Positions 1-11,697 of a DNA stretch of 64,000 nt are shown piece after piece. Position 1 is the first letter of the stretch. Every line of letters starts with the position of its first letter. This stretch comes from Podarcis bocagei (taxonomy: Eukaryota), in NCBI GenBank assembly GCA_964188305.1, contig OZ076888.1; one strand, 5' to 3'. The notes under the pieces were generated by a model that searched no databases, had not been told where the DNA came from, and worked only from the letters and a program-made list of their open reading frames with translations. A program made the position numbers and the translations under genes.

Positions 1-1830
1 TTGAGATCTTCACAGCACTTAAGGAGCATTCACATGATTGATTGCAGTGGCTGAGCAACATAAATATATACTTGAAATGTCATTGTGTCTTAATGCAATA
101 TCAGCCTTTGCAGGGTTGGGGAATAATCATTCCCTGCAACGCGCACATTGTCAAATGGATGAATTAATTAAACTGGAATCAATGTTCCAAGAAAATATAT
201 ATATATAAATACAAGCGTGTTAAGGATTACCTTGTTGTTTAATCGCTACATATATTGCTGCATTGAATGAGTTCAGTGAGGTCTCCTCCTAGGGACCATA
301 TATCAGATCTGCTGTTTTGAGTAGTCCTCAGTCTATTGTGAAAAATATTTGTATTTCTAGCAATATCATTCACATTTTTGGGGGTCACTTTAGTTTTATT
401 TAGGTTTGTTATACATCCCTGAGATATGACTAAAGTCTTGAGGGGCACGTTATGGTTTAAAGAAATGCAGACTATTGCTTAAGCAAAAATAAATAAATTG
501 GGAGACAGATTTCGCTTGAGCTGTACGGTGCAGTCGTGAAAAGTGAGACTATGAGTGTGACCTAGGAAGTCTGCACCAGTTCCTGGTTTTGTGTGGCCTG
601 GGGCCAAGAAGCTGTTGCGGGGCGGGGGGGGGGGGACACACACCTCCTTCTCTGGGGTGCTTGACTCCAAACACACGCACAGCACAGCACAATTACTTCC
701 TTCTCCTTTGCAGGTCTTGAAGCCTGTTTCAGGCAACTTTTTCTTTAAAAGATACCGAGATCCTACTGCTATTATTAGCTGTGTTTGAGAGGGTTTTTTT
801 TTTTAAGGGTTAGCTAGTTTTAAATATTTTAGCACATGATTCCTTGAGTATAAGTAGAGCTTCCCATGTAAGCTGATATTTGCTAGTAAAAGCCTGTCAA
901 AAATTAATGTCAAGATTTATGGTCTGAAATGTTATCTGTCAGTTTGTAGCCGTTAATTTTTTGTTTTTTTATTTTGGCTGGTTCCCTCAAAGAAATAGGG
1001 CACAGCAGCTGGACAAAGACTGGGCTCTTCCTGGGTTCAGTGTTTATGCTCCAACCGTCTCCCTTATGCAGTCAGTCAATAACTGCGCTGGCCAACTTTC
1101 TATTTTCTATCAATAAACATCGCGGTGCACAAAGAGCTCGATCCTATGATATCTTCTCTGAATAATAAAAGTGTCCTTTCCTAATGGCAACCATCAGCCC
1201 CGGGGCTTGTCGGAGAGCATCTCCAAATCCTGCAACAAAAGCATTTGCTGGAATGTGAAATCCCTACAGAGGGCAGATGCTGTAAGGCGTTTTCTTTTTT
1301 TTTTTTTTTTTAAAGGCACAGAAATTTTTACATTAGTTCCTAATCTGTGCAGCAAAGGAAGCTCTCTCTCAAGCAAAACTGCAATTGTAGCAGTTTCTGT
1401 TTATAGACGGTTTTGATTCTCCATTTGGGAATTACTGGACAACAGAGAAAGAGAGATTTGGCTGCTGTGCAGTCATTAGGAGCTGCTGTTCCTTGAACAG
1501 ACTTCCACTTATTCATCACATTTGGCACTGCACTGCTAAAATAACCCTGACCAGGAGTCTCATCTTCAAATTAGGGCACGGGCGGTGGGGGAAGGGGATG
1601 CATGCTGAACGGGCTGGCTAGGACAGGAGGAGGGACACAGCAGCCATTCCCCCCCACACTTCCGAATGGGCCTTTGGTCTGATCCAGCAGAGCTACTCGT
1701 GTGTTCCTAAAAAGTAAGAAACAAAAGGGGATGGGGATGCAGCTAGGCTCTTGCTTCTGCAATGGAACATAATGAGTGCCTGTCCCTGAGCTGCAAAAAC
1801 ATACTCTGCATTTAATGCCCCCCCAACCCT

Positions 1831-1890
1831 GGGAATTGTAGCTCTGTGAGCGGTAAACAGTAGTTTACTCCTCACAGAGCTACAATTCCC
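1831..1890. repeat. 60-bp palindrome, MITE-derived
   Basis: Perfect 20-bp arms GGGAATTGTAGCTCTGTGAG / CTCACAGAGCTACAATTCCC plus inner GTAAAC/GTTTAC. Confidence 0.85.
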
Positions 1891-3999
1891 AAACAACACC
1901 GCCTGTTTCTTTTCACAGAATGATTCGCTATTTTAAATATCAGTCCCTCCTCTCCTTGTTAAAAAGCTTTTAAAACAATGCTTTGTGGACAAATGAATGT
2001 TTAGGTGTGCAATAATGCAGCAGTTGCTTTTTAAGCACATGCATGCTGTCTCTTCTGTCTTTAATGGTTAAACAGGCCAGCTCTTGCCCATTCAGAAATC
2101 TCTAAAAGGACTGGCTGTGGGCCAGCTCCAGATGTGAGCGAAACAAATCGTGTACACCAACGGGTGGCTCTGGGTACAGGGATGTGCATCCAGTCATATC
2201 AATGAGGCCTGAATGAGCATTGTGAGATGGGCTGGGGAATGTGCCCACAGCTGTGCAGTGGCATCCAGATGTGCTGCTTGTGCACATGGATTTCCCTCGC
2301 CAGATTGAGGTGTTCTTTACATTTTAAAACATGTCTGGGTAATCAAACATTCTGAAAAGGATTACAGGTTTCAGAAAAGAAGTAGTAAAAGTCTTTCTCC
2401 AAAAACTGTCTGGTTGGCTGATGTTTTTGTTGGTCACAGGGCAAAAAATGTGCATGATGCCATCTTGTGGCCAAACGTTTCCACTTTTTATGCACCAGAA
2501 TAGCCACAATCCAGCAACCAGTGAGGTCTTTCAGCCTAATCTGCAGCATAGCATTGTTTTGAAGATGATAAAAAAGAGAAAAGATTGATGCAGGAGGAAA
2601 GGGAAGTAGATCCATATGCTTCTTGGCAGAAAGGTAGGGCATCAAATGTAGTGAATAAAAAAAAAAAAGACAAATAATTTGGGGGCCCATTGATGTGATC
2701 AGACTGCATGGCCCAATATCATTAGATGGTTTAATCTTACTGCAGTACTGTACTGAGTTTATTAACATGAAAGGCCTAGGAAAACAGTAATTCTGTAACT
2801 ACTTAAATTTTGCTGATCGCCTTGAAATGATGTTTTTTAGGATGCATTTTCTGACATTGTTTTGGGCATGGCTTGCTGTTGGAGTAGCAAATACCTGGAA
2901 ACTAATTGAGGTGAGATTCCACTGCGTTTTTTTCTTGAGAATAAGTTATTGATACTGTAATGGCAGGGGTTTTTTATTGCTTTGTTTTTAACAATAATGT
3001 GCTTAGTAATTATTTTTGTTAAGCCCTGCAATTGAGACAATGAAGATTTGATTTGGGGTTGTTATCCGACAGCGTGCTGTCAGGCTGGTCAATATTTTGT
3101 GTGTGTAGCGCACTGATTGACTCATGATGTGAGATAATGTTCTCTTTCATCTTAGCCTTACTGGTCCTTGGTAAATCCAGGTTACTCAAGCATCAGTTTG
3201 ACTGCCTGTACATACTTGTGTAATATTTGCCATGTTATTTCAGAGCCTTTGATGGAAGGCATTGCGTAAGAACAAAGCCTCGTTTGTTTCTTAAAAGGCT
3301 AGATCCACACTCACATGGTGCTGCGTAGCAGACAGGGAATCCTGCCATTTGCCTTTGGGAATGCTCTGAGGATCCCCTTGTACCCAGTAAAGGGCACGAC
3401 CCGCATTACAGCTTACATGTAGCTCTTTGTAAACTTAGCCAGCTAAGCTTTAAAACAAATTAGATCCCCCTTTCCATTATTAAAGGAGGATCATTCTAAT
3501 GCCTCTGAAAGCATGAAAATCTCTTCTTCAACCTGAAGTTATCAATGGAGGTCAGCTTCTTATCCGTTGACTTCCATCAAAGAATACCAAGTACAGTATC
3601 TCCCCACAACTGTCAACACCAGAATAAGTTATGCGAAGTAATTCTATGGAATCTATGGATTATGCAAATATGTGTGAATTGTGTTGCAGAATGTTTATAG
3701 GTTGCAGAATTTCACTTTTCTAGTCATAAAATTGAAGCTATCTTTGGGCTAGAGGTTTTATCTTTCGTTTTCAATGCACACAGATCTCTCCAGCCCCATT
3801 CCTCCATCCATGAAGATGACTATATGTAAACAAACTTCTCTCTCCCGATAAACTGCGACCTTGCCTTTCTTTCATCTGACTCTCGGTATGGGGACCGAGC
3901 TGTCCCCAGACTGCTGCTGCTGAGAGGTTAAAAGGGTTGAATACAGAAATCCCTTGGGTGATAAAAAAACTGTTTACAAATGTATTAAACATAAAAGGA

Positions 4000-6900
4000 A
4001 ACAGATAGTAACATTTTTTATTAAATATTACAGTGGATCAAAAAGTACAAAATATCTTTGCTTGCTATGTGATTGGGAAACTATTGGCACATAATACAGT
4101 ATCAAAAGCATTAATACATACAATTTGGAAAACATACAAAAATTGAGTGTTTATAGTTGGCTCAGCTTTTTTTTCTTTCTTTCTTTCTGGTAGTGTTTAA
4201 ACTTACTTAATTTGAAAGGTTACTCAGTAACCCTTTTATTCTTTTAAAAAATGGGAAAACTATATAATATTACTGGGCCATTTTTTTCTATATACAAATA
4301 ATCACCTTACAGAGCATATAAGCTACAATAACTTGAATCACAAGAATGTATACACTATTTACAACAAAAGAACGCTCAAAACAAAGTATAAACAGCTAGT
4401 AGATTATGCTGCCTTTGTTAGACCATATTTAAAACTATGGGAGGGGAGGAATACATGTAAAATATCAAATACATTTACAGCTAACACCGGTTAAGTGCTC
4501 AATAATGATAGTTTCAATACTGCAGACCTCATTATCAGTGAAATATTTTCCCACTATAAGCATTACGAATTGTGAAATGGGGCCAGGCTTGACTACGCTC
4601 ATTGCTGTACAATCGGATCACATGGAATAACGAGTGAGTAGAAGCCAACCTCTCCCTTTAAAGGCACACACCACACAACCTATTTCTGTGGCCATCTACT
4701 GGCTTCTGTGAGCCACACAACAGATAGGACAGAGCTTGAACATATGGGGACTAGTCAAGAAAACAGTGAGACAGAAGTGACTTTGGCTCTGTTTAACTCT
4801 TGCACGGCTGCTGCCTCTCTGGTTGCTCCTGTGCCACCCCCAGTTAGGGCTGCTTACACAATTAGGCATCACCCGAGAGACATTTCCCTGAGTGGCGGAG
4901 GAACAACTACACTATCACACCATTCCAGCTAACGTGTAAAATGGGGCCAAAATTACTCTCAGCTTTTCTTGATGCAGAAGTGACCTGGAGTGGAAGAACC
5001 ATGGAAACAGTAACAATCCCATTACTCCAGGTACTATATTAAACAGGGCTCAAGTCACAGGTTTCATTGGCTTGCGGCCTGCATGCTTAAGGATTCATGG
5101 AGCAGTTCAATAAGCCAGGAACACTTCTTAGCTTTATGTTGGGCTTCAGATGGAATTGGGAAACTCTTCTGATTACTAAAGTGAGAATCCGGTTGCAAAA
5201 GGCCTCACACAACACAAACCCCTCCCCATGTCAATGGCTTCTAAAAAGACAATTCTATCAAGGGGAGGGAAAGGCTTTCTTTGTCTTTAATCTCATCAAC
5301 CTTCAGAATCTTTAATGAATCCTGAACAGAGTGAGTTGGAATTGCAACATTTCTTGGAACCAACTCATGGTAAATATATTTATCACTCTGTTGCCAATTA
5401 AACTGTTTTCTTTACCAATCTACCAATAACAAAAAAAACTTGTGCAATTTCATTCAATAAGGCCCCTTGAACTCAAACAAAGCAAACAAAGCCCCATTTA
5501 AGTCACAGAAAGTAGTCTTCTGCCAGTGGAAAATGCAATACTTAATAGAAATCATGGATTTTTAAAAAGCATTCTTAGGCAACCCACCCCACCAATGGTA
5601 TGAGCTGTGTCCTCATTGCTCTTCATTTACCCTCATCTTGGCCAATGCATCATGAGCTTTCTAAAAATAAGCCAATCTTCCTATTGAAAAAAGCAAGAGG
5701 AACACACACAAAAGGGGGGGGGGGAATCAATTAACCCTGCACTGTGATCTGTCCGAACAACTTTCAAAACGATGCATGAAACTGAAATTGGAGACTTACA
5801 AAATAAGCACACGAGGTTAAGATTTAACAGTATGGTTACCAAATCAAACTTTCAAAAACGAGTCATCCTAGGGTTGTGGGATTTGGAATAAATGGACAGT
5901 CAAGTACCCTCATGTGCACGCATAGCTCCTGTGCAGGAGGGCAGCCCCATTCCTTTCAAGAGGGTGGGGAGCTAAGTATGTGCCAGAGGATTTGTGCACA
6001 GTGCGACCCTCTCTACTGGAGGGAAAGGGGTAGGATAGGGGCGTACCACTGTCAGCAATGTGGAGCTACCTCTGCATGCAGTAAACGACTTGCTAAGGGT
6101 GTGCTGTTCCAAAACGAGGGACAATCCTTTTAAAACAAGGGACATCCCTTACTGTAAGGGGGATCAGGCAACCCTACATGCAGATTATCCCAAACAAATC
6201 AGAGATGCATTACATCCTGGATTACCAAACCAGGCACATAATTCTAACAGTCATTGCAGGCTTATACAACCCTGCCAACTTCCCTTCCCCCTCCCCACCT
6301 TGATTATTATATTAGTCAGGTTTAGTGCAATTTTTTTGTATACTAATAATGCCCTCTATGGCATCTGATCAACTTAGAATGTGATTGCTGTTGTTTTTTT
6401 GAATGCTCCGAGCACAGCAGGAAAAAGAAAAGCAAACCTCGGCGTTGGCACATTTATCTTCTAAAGTCTACTAGCCTGCTTATGCATCATCAGTTCATAT
6501 AATTTTACCACAAGAACATAAAAGCGTTAAATTGAAGATAACATTGATCTTTAACAGTAGATGTCTATTATTTTGTTGTTTTTTTCCACCATTGTATATT
6601 AAATAGGTTACATTATATATTGCAGTTGGCTTCATATCACAGGAAATTTCAATATAGGATGTTTGGCATGCATGCACGATGTTGCTTAAGTAGTTTCCAC
6701 TAGTTTCCAGTAGTTTTGATTATTACTGTATTTGAATTGCAATCTGGGATGGGTTCAGCTCACAACCGATTTCCACATGGTAAAATGCCTCAAAAAGTTC
6801 AGCCTCTCTGGGTGGCTGTCCATACTTCCAGACCCAGCACAGAAAGCTTCCTCCAAGTAAATCCACATCGTTGTAGGTTGATTTTCCCCATGGACAAAAC

Positions 6901-9555
6901 CCAAACCCACCAGCTTCACTTCCGGACTTGTCACTCTTCAAATTACGCCTTGTGACTGGGGTGTGGGGCTGCATTTTAGCCTCATGGGGAGGACCTGCCC
7001 CACCACCAACTCAAGCTGATCGCTGTTGAGCCAAGTGCTCGGTGGGCTGCCGTGACCAGGCTGTGTGGCCAGCGATGATGCCAGAGAGGTATGGGGCAGC
7101 CTCAACAGATTTGGCTGCCTTTGATGCTTCCTGAATGGGAGGTGGAAACTCAGCAAATCCATGAGAGACACTGGAACCAAAACGAGTGGACGCTGGCATT
7201 GTTTCTTGGATTTGAACAAAGCCAGCTTCACGGCAGCACCTGACATTTCCTCCCTCTCTGGTGGGGAACATCACTTGTGCTGGTACACGGTGTCAGAGAG
7301 GAATATGAGATGGGGGCAGAGCACACAGTCCTTGGGGCTTCCTACCTTAGCACCAGCTTTCAAGTGTTCTGATTACACACATTGGGCGCTTGCTCTCTAC
7401 ACCAAGGTTCTGTCCCTGTGTGAACAGCAATGGAAGCTTCAGCAAAGGCCTCCTAGAAAGCCCTCAGCTGCTCACTCAAAGCCGCTGACAAAGGGCTCTT
7501 CGAACGCCTTTCCCTCCCAAGAGGAACAGCAATGCAGGCTGAATGAAACCTTCCCTTTTGCACCTCAGGTGCTCATGCACAAGCCAAGGCCGAAGCAAAT
7601 GCGAGTGAGCAGCCAGCTGCAGTCTATAAGGGTAGGACTCTTACTCTTGCTGTTCCCATGGGTGTGTAAGGGGTGTGTGCATGCACTAAAAGGGCCCTTG
7701 ACTGCTCCTCTAAGGCCTCCAAGCTTGCACAGTAGCAAGTCAGTGGGTGGAGCCATGCCTGCCAGCTCTTCGAGCCTTTCCTCACATCAAAATATATCCC
7801 CTTTTATACTTCAGCTGCTGCCCTTTGTGCTGCAGTCCTGACCCTGCAATGAGCTGAGCACCCTAGCCCATTCCAGCAAAATATCTCAAGGCAATTTTTA
7901 GCTTTCAGCAGGAAGACTCTCATGAGAGTCAACAGGGTACTGTGGCTCAGGCTTCAGAAATGCCACTGGCATGGAACTTTTGTTCAATAGGACCAGAGAG
8001 TCAAAGTCAAGTAAAACCGGGCTTAAGTGGTTTGTAGATTAAGCTGCCATTTTTGTTTTGAGTCCAAGCCACATGGTCAGAATACTTTGCTGGAAGAAGG
8101 TGGGATGTTCAGCACTTTGTAGGAGGACTCCACCAAGCAAGAGTTCAACCAGTTCATACCCCAAAGGTGACCCTCAAAAGACTGACTTCCAGATTTGGAA
8201 CGGCTTCTTGCTATTATCTTTCTCAGAACGTTTCTACGTTCTCACCCATCTCACTTCAGCAGCACAGAATCCAGACCCTCTTTAACTAAAATGCTTCACC
8301 TTCTTTCTCTCCTAACGGCTGAAATTCTTGAAATAGCTTAACAGCCCACAATAAAGGTTCTTTAGAACTCCAATGTTATTGAGTAACTTGTTGCCAGCAC
8401 AGTCTCCTAAGCATGTTTCCTTTCTGGTATGCAGGACAGTTTCACAGCCTAGATAAGGTTAAGTACAATTCTTAACAAATTCACAGACCATGATACAGGA
8501 AAGCCAGATCCCAGTGGCCAGTAAAACAGCAAAGTATGAACAATTAGAGAACCATTTTGATGGGTGAGGGGAACGCTCAGCACCTTTGAAGGATCTAGTC
8601 GCTTGAGAAGGAGCTGATGTTTGGACTCAGCTGCAATTGTGTGATCTACAGTATGCTTCTCTCTCCATTGGAAAGGTTCATTGAAAATGGATGCTTTTGT
8701 TTTGTAAACAATGACATTACCACCCAAAAAGCTGCTCTAAAAACATAAGCAGAAAGGGGGAAAGGAAGGGGGAAAATATAAACACATTTAAAAAAGAAGC
8801 CCTCAATAACCAGCGCCTTTTTTTTCTTTTACCAAAAAGAGGTTGCAAATGAAAAGAGACTGTTCTTTTAAATTAAACAGAGCACAGGATAAGTTGAAAA
8901 TAACTTGCATAAATTATACAAATGAACTTGACGCTGGAGATTCTTTTGTTTTGTTTCTGAAGCAGATATGTAAAGTCTAATTGGACAGTGTTTACTTTTC
9001 CTGTTTTGATAGTGTTAAGATGAAATGCTATGAAGTTTCTGCTATACATTGCATTGATTTGAAATCTGAAAAGTCAGAAAACAAAATGGTACCCAAAGAA
9101 GCAATATCCGTAGATCATTTGCTTGTTCCACTTTCTCTCTCATCAGACCTGCCTCTTTTTCTACTTGAAATGCTCCAAAACCCACTCTTTTTTAAGGGGG
9201 GGGGGACACAAACAAACAAACACCTTTTTTCTCCTCCAAGATAAAGGGGGTGGAGCCTAATGTTCCCCCTGCTCTTCTCTGACACTTGTTTTCCGCATGA
9301 TACAGATACTTTTGCGAACCTTCTTTGCAATGTGAAATGACCACGGAGGAGTAGATGCAGGAGCCCAAAGTAAAAAAACAAAGCCCAGGCGAATCGACTG
9401 TCTTGCTTGACCCTCGATCAACTCTGAAGCCTTCAGCAATGAGGGACAAAACTGCTTATTGGTTAACACAAATAATCGGCTTTTTGTTTAAATTTTGCAA
9501 GACATCACAGGCTAAAAGGAATGTAGTTGTTTGTTGTTGTTTTCCAAGGGAGGAT
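4000..9555 (-). other. ARID5B: Probable long ARID5B 3'UTR (~5.5 kb)
   Basis: Continues from the stop codon; largely free of large TEs; AU-rich blocks at 8760-9100, 6400-6720 and 4000-4650. The first canonical AATAAA signals I found on the minus strand are at 4235-4240 and 4017-4022. Confidence 0.6.
4017..4022 (-). terminator. Polyadenylation signal AATAAA (probable ARID5B 3' end)
   Basis: AATAAA preceded by TGTA motifs and followed by a T/GT-rich downstream tract (TGTTTCCTTTTATGTTT...). Confidence 0.65.
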
Positions 9556-11697
9556 TTACAGTTTTGTGCTCGGATGTACAGAAGACAACTGAGAAGGCGG
9601 GAAAGCAGCCTGAGGATTGATAGCAGCCAAAGGATAAATGTTGTTGTGCAAAAGGTCGCCATATGAACTTCCTACAGGTGTGGCTGCAGCTAAGTGCCTG
9701 TAAAGCTGCTGTGAGTTCCCAGGGGACGTAAGGAACTGTCTTTGCACCATGAACGAGTGGAGAGCCAAAGGCTGCATTAGCGGAGAAAGCACAGCCTGGT
9801 TTTTCAAGTATTGTAGAGGATGAGAATACCCAGCTGGGATGCGGTTGCTCAGGCTGCTGCACAATGTCCCTGGGTACAAGCCTGTGAAGATGGGGCTGGA
9901 GAGGGGAAACTTGTGGCCCTCCAGCATGCTGCCGGGAGGGAGGACGTGTGCTGATTTGCTGCCCTCGGCCTCTTGTTCGAGACCCTTGTCTTTTGCAGGG
10001 GCTTCCTTTGGTAAGCGCAGGGGCGAGACGGCGCGGATCTTCTTCTCCGAAATGGCTTTGTCCAAATCCTCCAGGCTGCGCTTCAGAGGCCGAGCTGCCC
10101 CAATGGTTTGAGCATTGGTTTTGTGGCTTAGGATGGGGTGGACCATGCCCTCCATCTTCCTTGGGGTCTGCTGTTTGTTGGTCCTGAGAAGAGGCTCGCC
10201 GTGCTTCTTGGGGGCCGACACCGTCATTGGAGAAACACGACAAGCTTTGGGGTTGCAGTCTATGCTCAGAGGCTGGCCGCTCAAGGCTTGGAACTGGGAT
10301 ATGCTTTTGCTCTCCACCGAAGCATGCAAGAGGGAAGATGACCCCAGAGCTTTTGCAGTCTGTTTGGGAGTACTTTTAGGAAGACTCAGATCTGTCGGCT
10401 GATCATCAGAAGAGGCTTCCATGGGGCTCTTTTTCTCCGGCTGATGTAGAGGCGGGTGATAGCTTAAGCTTCGCTTGTCTTGGTGCTTGTGTTGAGGGAA
10501 CATGGAAAGGGCTTCCGTATCTCTATACATGTCTCGGTGGAGGTACTTTGACGTCTGTTCATTATTAAGGTGGTGTTCGGTGTGCCTGTAAAGGCTGTGC
10601 AGGTGAGGAGATGAGTAAAAGTCTGCCAAGAAAGCAGGCATGTGGGAGTGGTGCAGCGCCCTTTTTTCATTCATTCTATCTTTCATGTCCTGGATTTCCG
10701 ACTTTAGTGCATAGGATTCGGCCAGAGCACTCAGGTGTTGTTTGGTGAAATCGCAACATTCAGAATCAGTTTTCTTGAGTAGCAGTTCGTGCCTGTAGGC
10801 TTCACTAGCAGACTTCCTCTCGTCCGAGTTCTTGGGTTTGAAACTCTGTACGTGTTGGATCACAGATGGCCTGCTGAGTGCCGCAGCATCCATCCCAGAG
10901 GCATGGGAAGCCTGTGGCATGCTTGACAACAGGTCCTCTTTGCTGCTTAATTTCTTCTTGCTGATCAAAGGTGGTGGTGAGCCGTAAGGGTAGCTGCAGG
11001 AGAGGGTTGCCCCACTGACTTGTGACAAGAGCTTCTTCTTTGCCAGAGGTGACATGATGCCCGGGTTGCCTTTGGAGTAGAGCAGTGGTGTGCAGCTGAA
11101 ACCAGGCTCACCATTAAGGGAACTCGGCACTTCTTTCTCTTTGAACATGTCAAAATTCTGTACTACAAGGACTTTGGGACTCTGTTTCAGTGCATTGTGT
11201 ATGTCCTCATTTCCTAACTGATCCACTTTAACCGTGCAGTTGGCAATGTAGTCCGCCATCTCTGGAAGTTTGTCATCTTCCATCTCACTTTGACTTGGAA
11301 GTGGGAGTTGGATAGTGGGGAAGTTATTAAATGGAATTTCTTGGGCACTACTTTCTAGGTCGTCTGTGAGACAGTGAACTCTTTGTTCCTGCTTTGGCTC
11401 ATCTGGATCCTCTGCCAGACTGGGGATTTTCCCGACAGTGGAATTCAAGACCTCATCTTCTTCTGGGGACACCAAAGCACTTGAGACAGAATCTTTGCAT
11501 GACATCTCCTCCTTGACTTCCTCACTGTTTGAGCCGACCTCTTCAAAGTCTGTCTTTTCCAATGATGGCATCCCAGTTACATCTAGTGGAGAAACCTGGG
11601 ACTCTTCTACAGGCAGCTTCATCTCCTCTGCGACAGTTAGCTCAGATGAGCTTTTCTGGTCTGGACATTCTTGAACTTTCTCTTGTTCCGATGATGC
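9556..11697 (-). CDS. ARID5B: ARID5B terminal coding exon (mammalian exon 10 equivalent), ASSEQEKVQE...SSVHPSTKL*
   Basis: 688-aa ORF 9556-11622 contains hallmark ARID5B C-terminal peptides (MADYIANCTVKVDQLG, PLLYSKGNPGIMSPLAKKKLLSQVSG, FYSSPHLHSLYRHTEHHL, SSVHPSTKL). Frame extends to acceptor TTTTATTAG|GCA at 11697; phase 0, matching exon 9; 2142 nt including stop. Confidence 0.97.
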   Translation of the reverse strand, partial: ASSEQEKVQECPDQKSSSELTVAEEMKLPVEESQVSPLDVTGMPSLEKTDFEEVGSNSEEVKEEMSCKDSVSSALVSPEEDEVLNSTVGKIPSLAEDPDEPKQEQRVHCLTDDLESSAQEIPFNNFPTIQLPLPSQSEMEDDKLPEMADYIANCTVKVDQLGNEDIHNALKQSPKVLVVQNFDMFKEKEVPSSLNGEPGFSCTPLLYSKGNPGIMSPLAKKKLLSQVSGATLSCSYPYGSPPPLISKKKLSSKEDLLSSMPQASHASGMDAAALSRPSVIQHVQSFKPKNSDERKSASEAYRHELLLKKTDSECCDFTKQHLSALAESYALKSEIQDMKDRMNEKRALHHSHMPAFLADFYSSPHLHSLYRHTEHHLNNEQTSKYLHRDMYRDTEALSMFPQHKHQDKRSLSYHPPLHQPEKKSPMEASSDDQPTDLSLPKSTPKQTAKALGSSSLLHASVESKSISQFQALSGQPLSIDCNPKACRVSPMTVSAPKKHGEPLLRTNKQQTPRKMEGMVHPILSHKTNAQTIGAARPLKRSLEDLDKAISEKKIRAVSPLRLPKEAPAKDKGLEQEAEGSKSAHVLPPGSMLEGHKFPLSSPIFTGLYPGTLCSSLSNRIPAGYSHPLQYLKNQAVLSPLMQPLALHSFMVQRQFLTSPGNSQQLYRHLAAATPVGSSYGDLLHNNIYPLAAINPQAAFPPSQLSSVHPSTKL

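Noticed and set aside
7161-7841. 226-aa plus-strand ORF, considered as the last exon of a convergent neighbour such as RTKN2
   Set aside because: No recognisable protein similarity or exon context; lies antisense within the probable ARID5B 3'UTR in a GC-richer block where long chance ORFs are expected.
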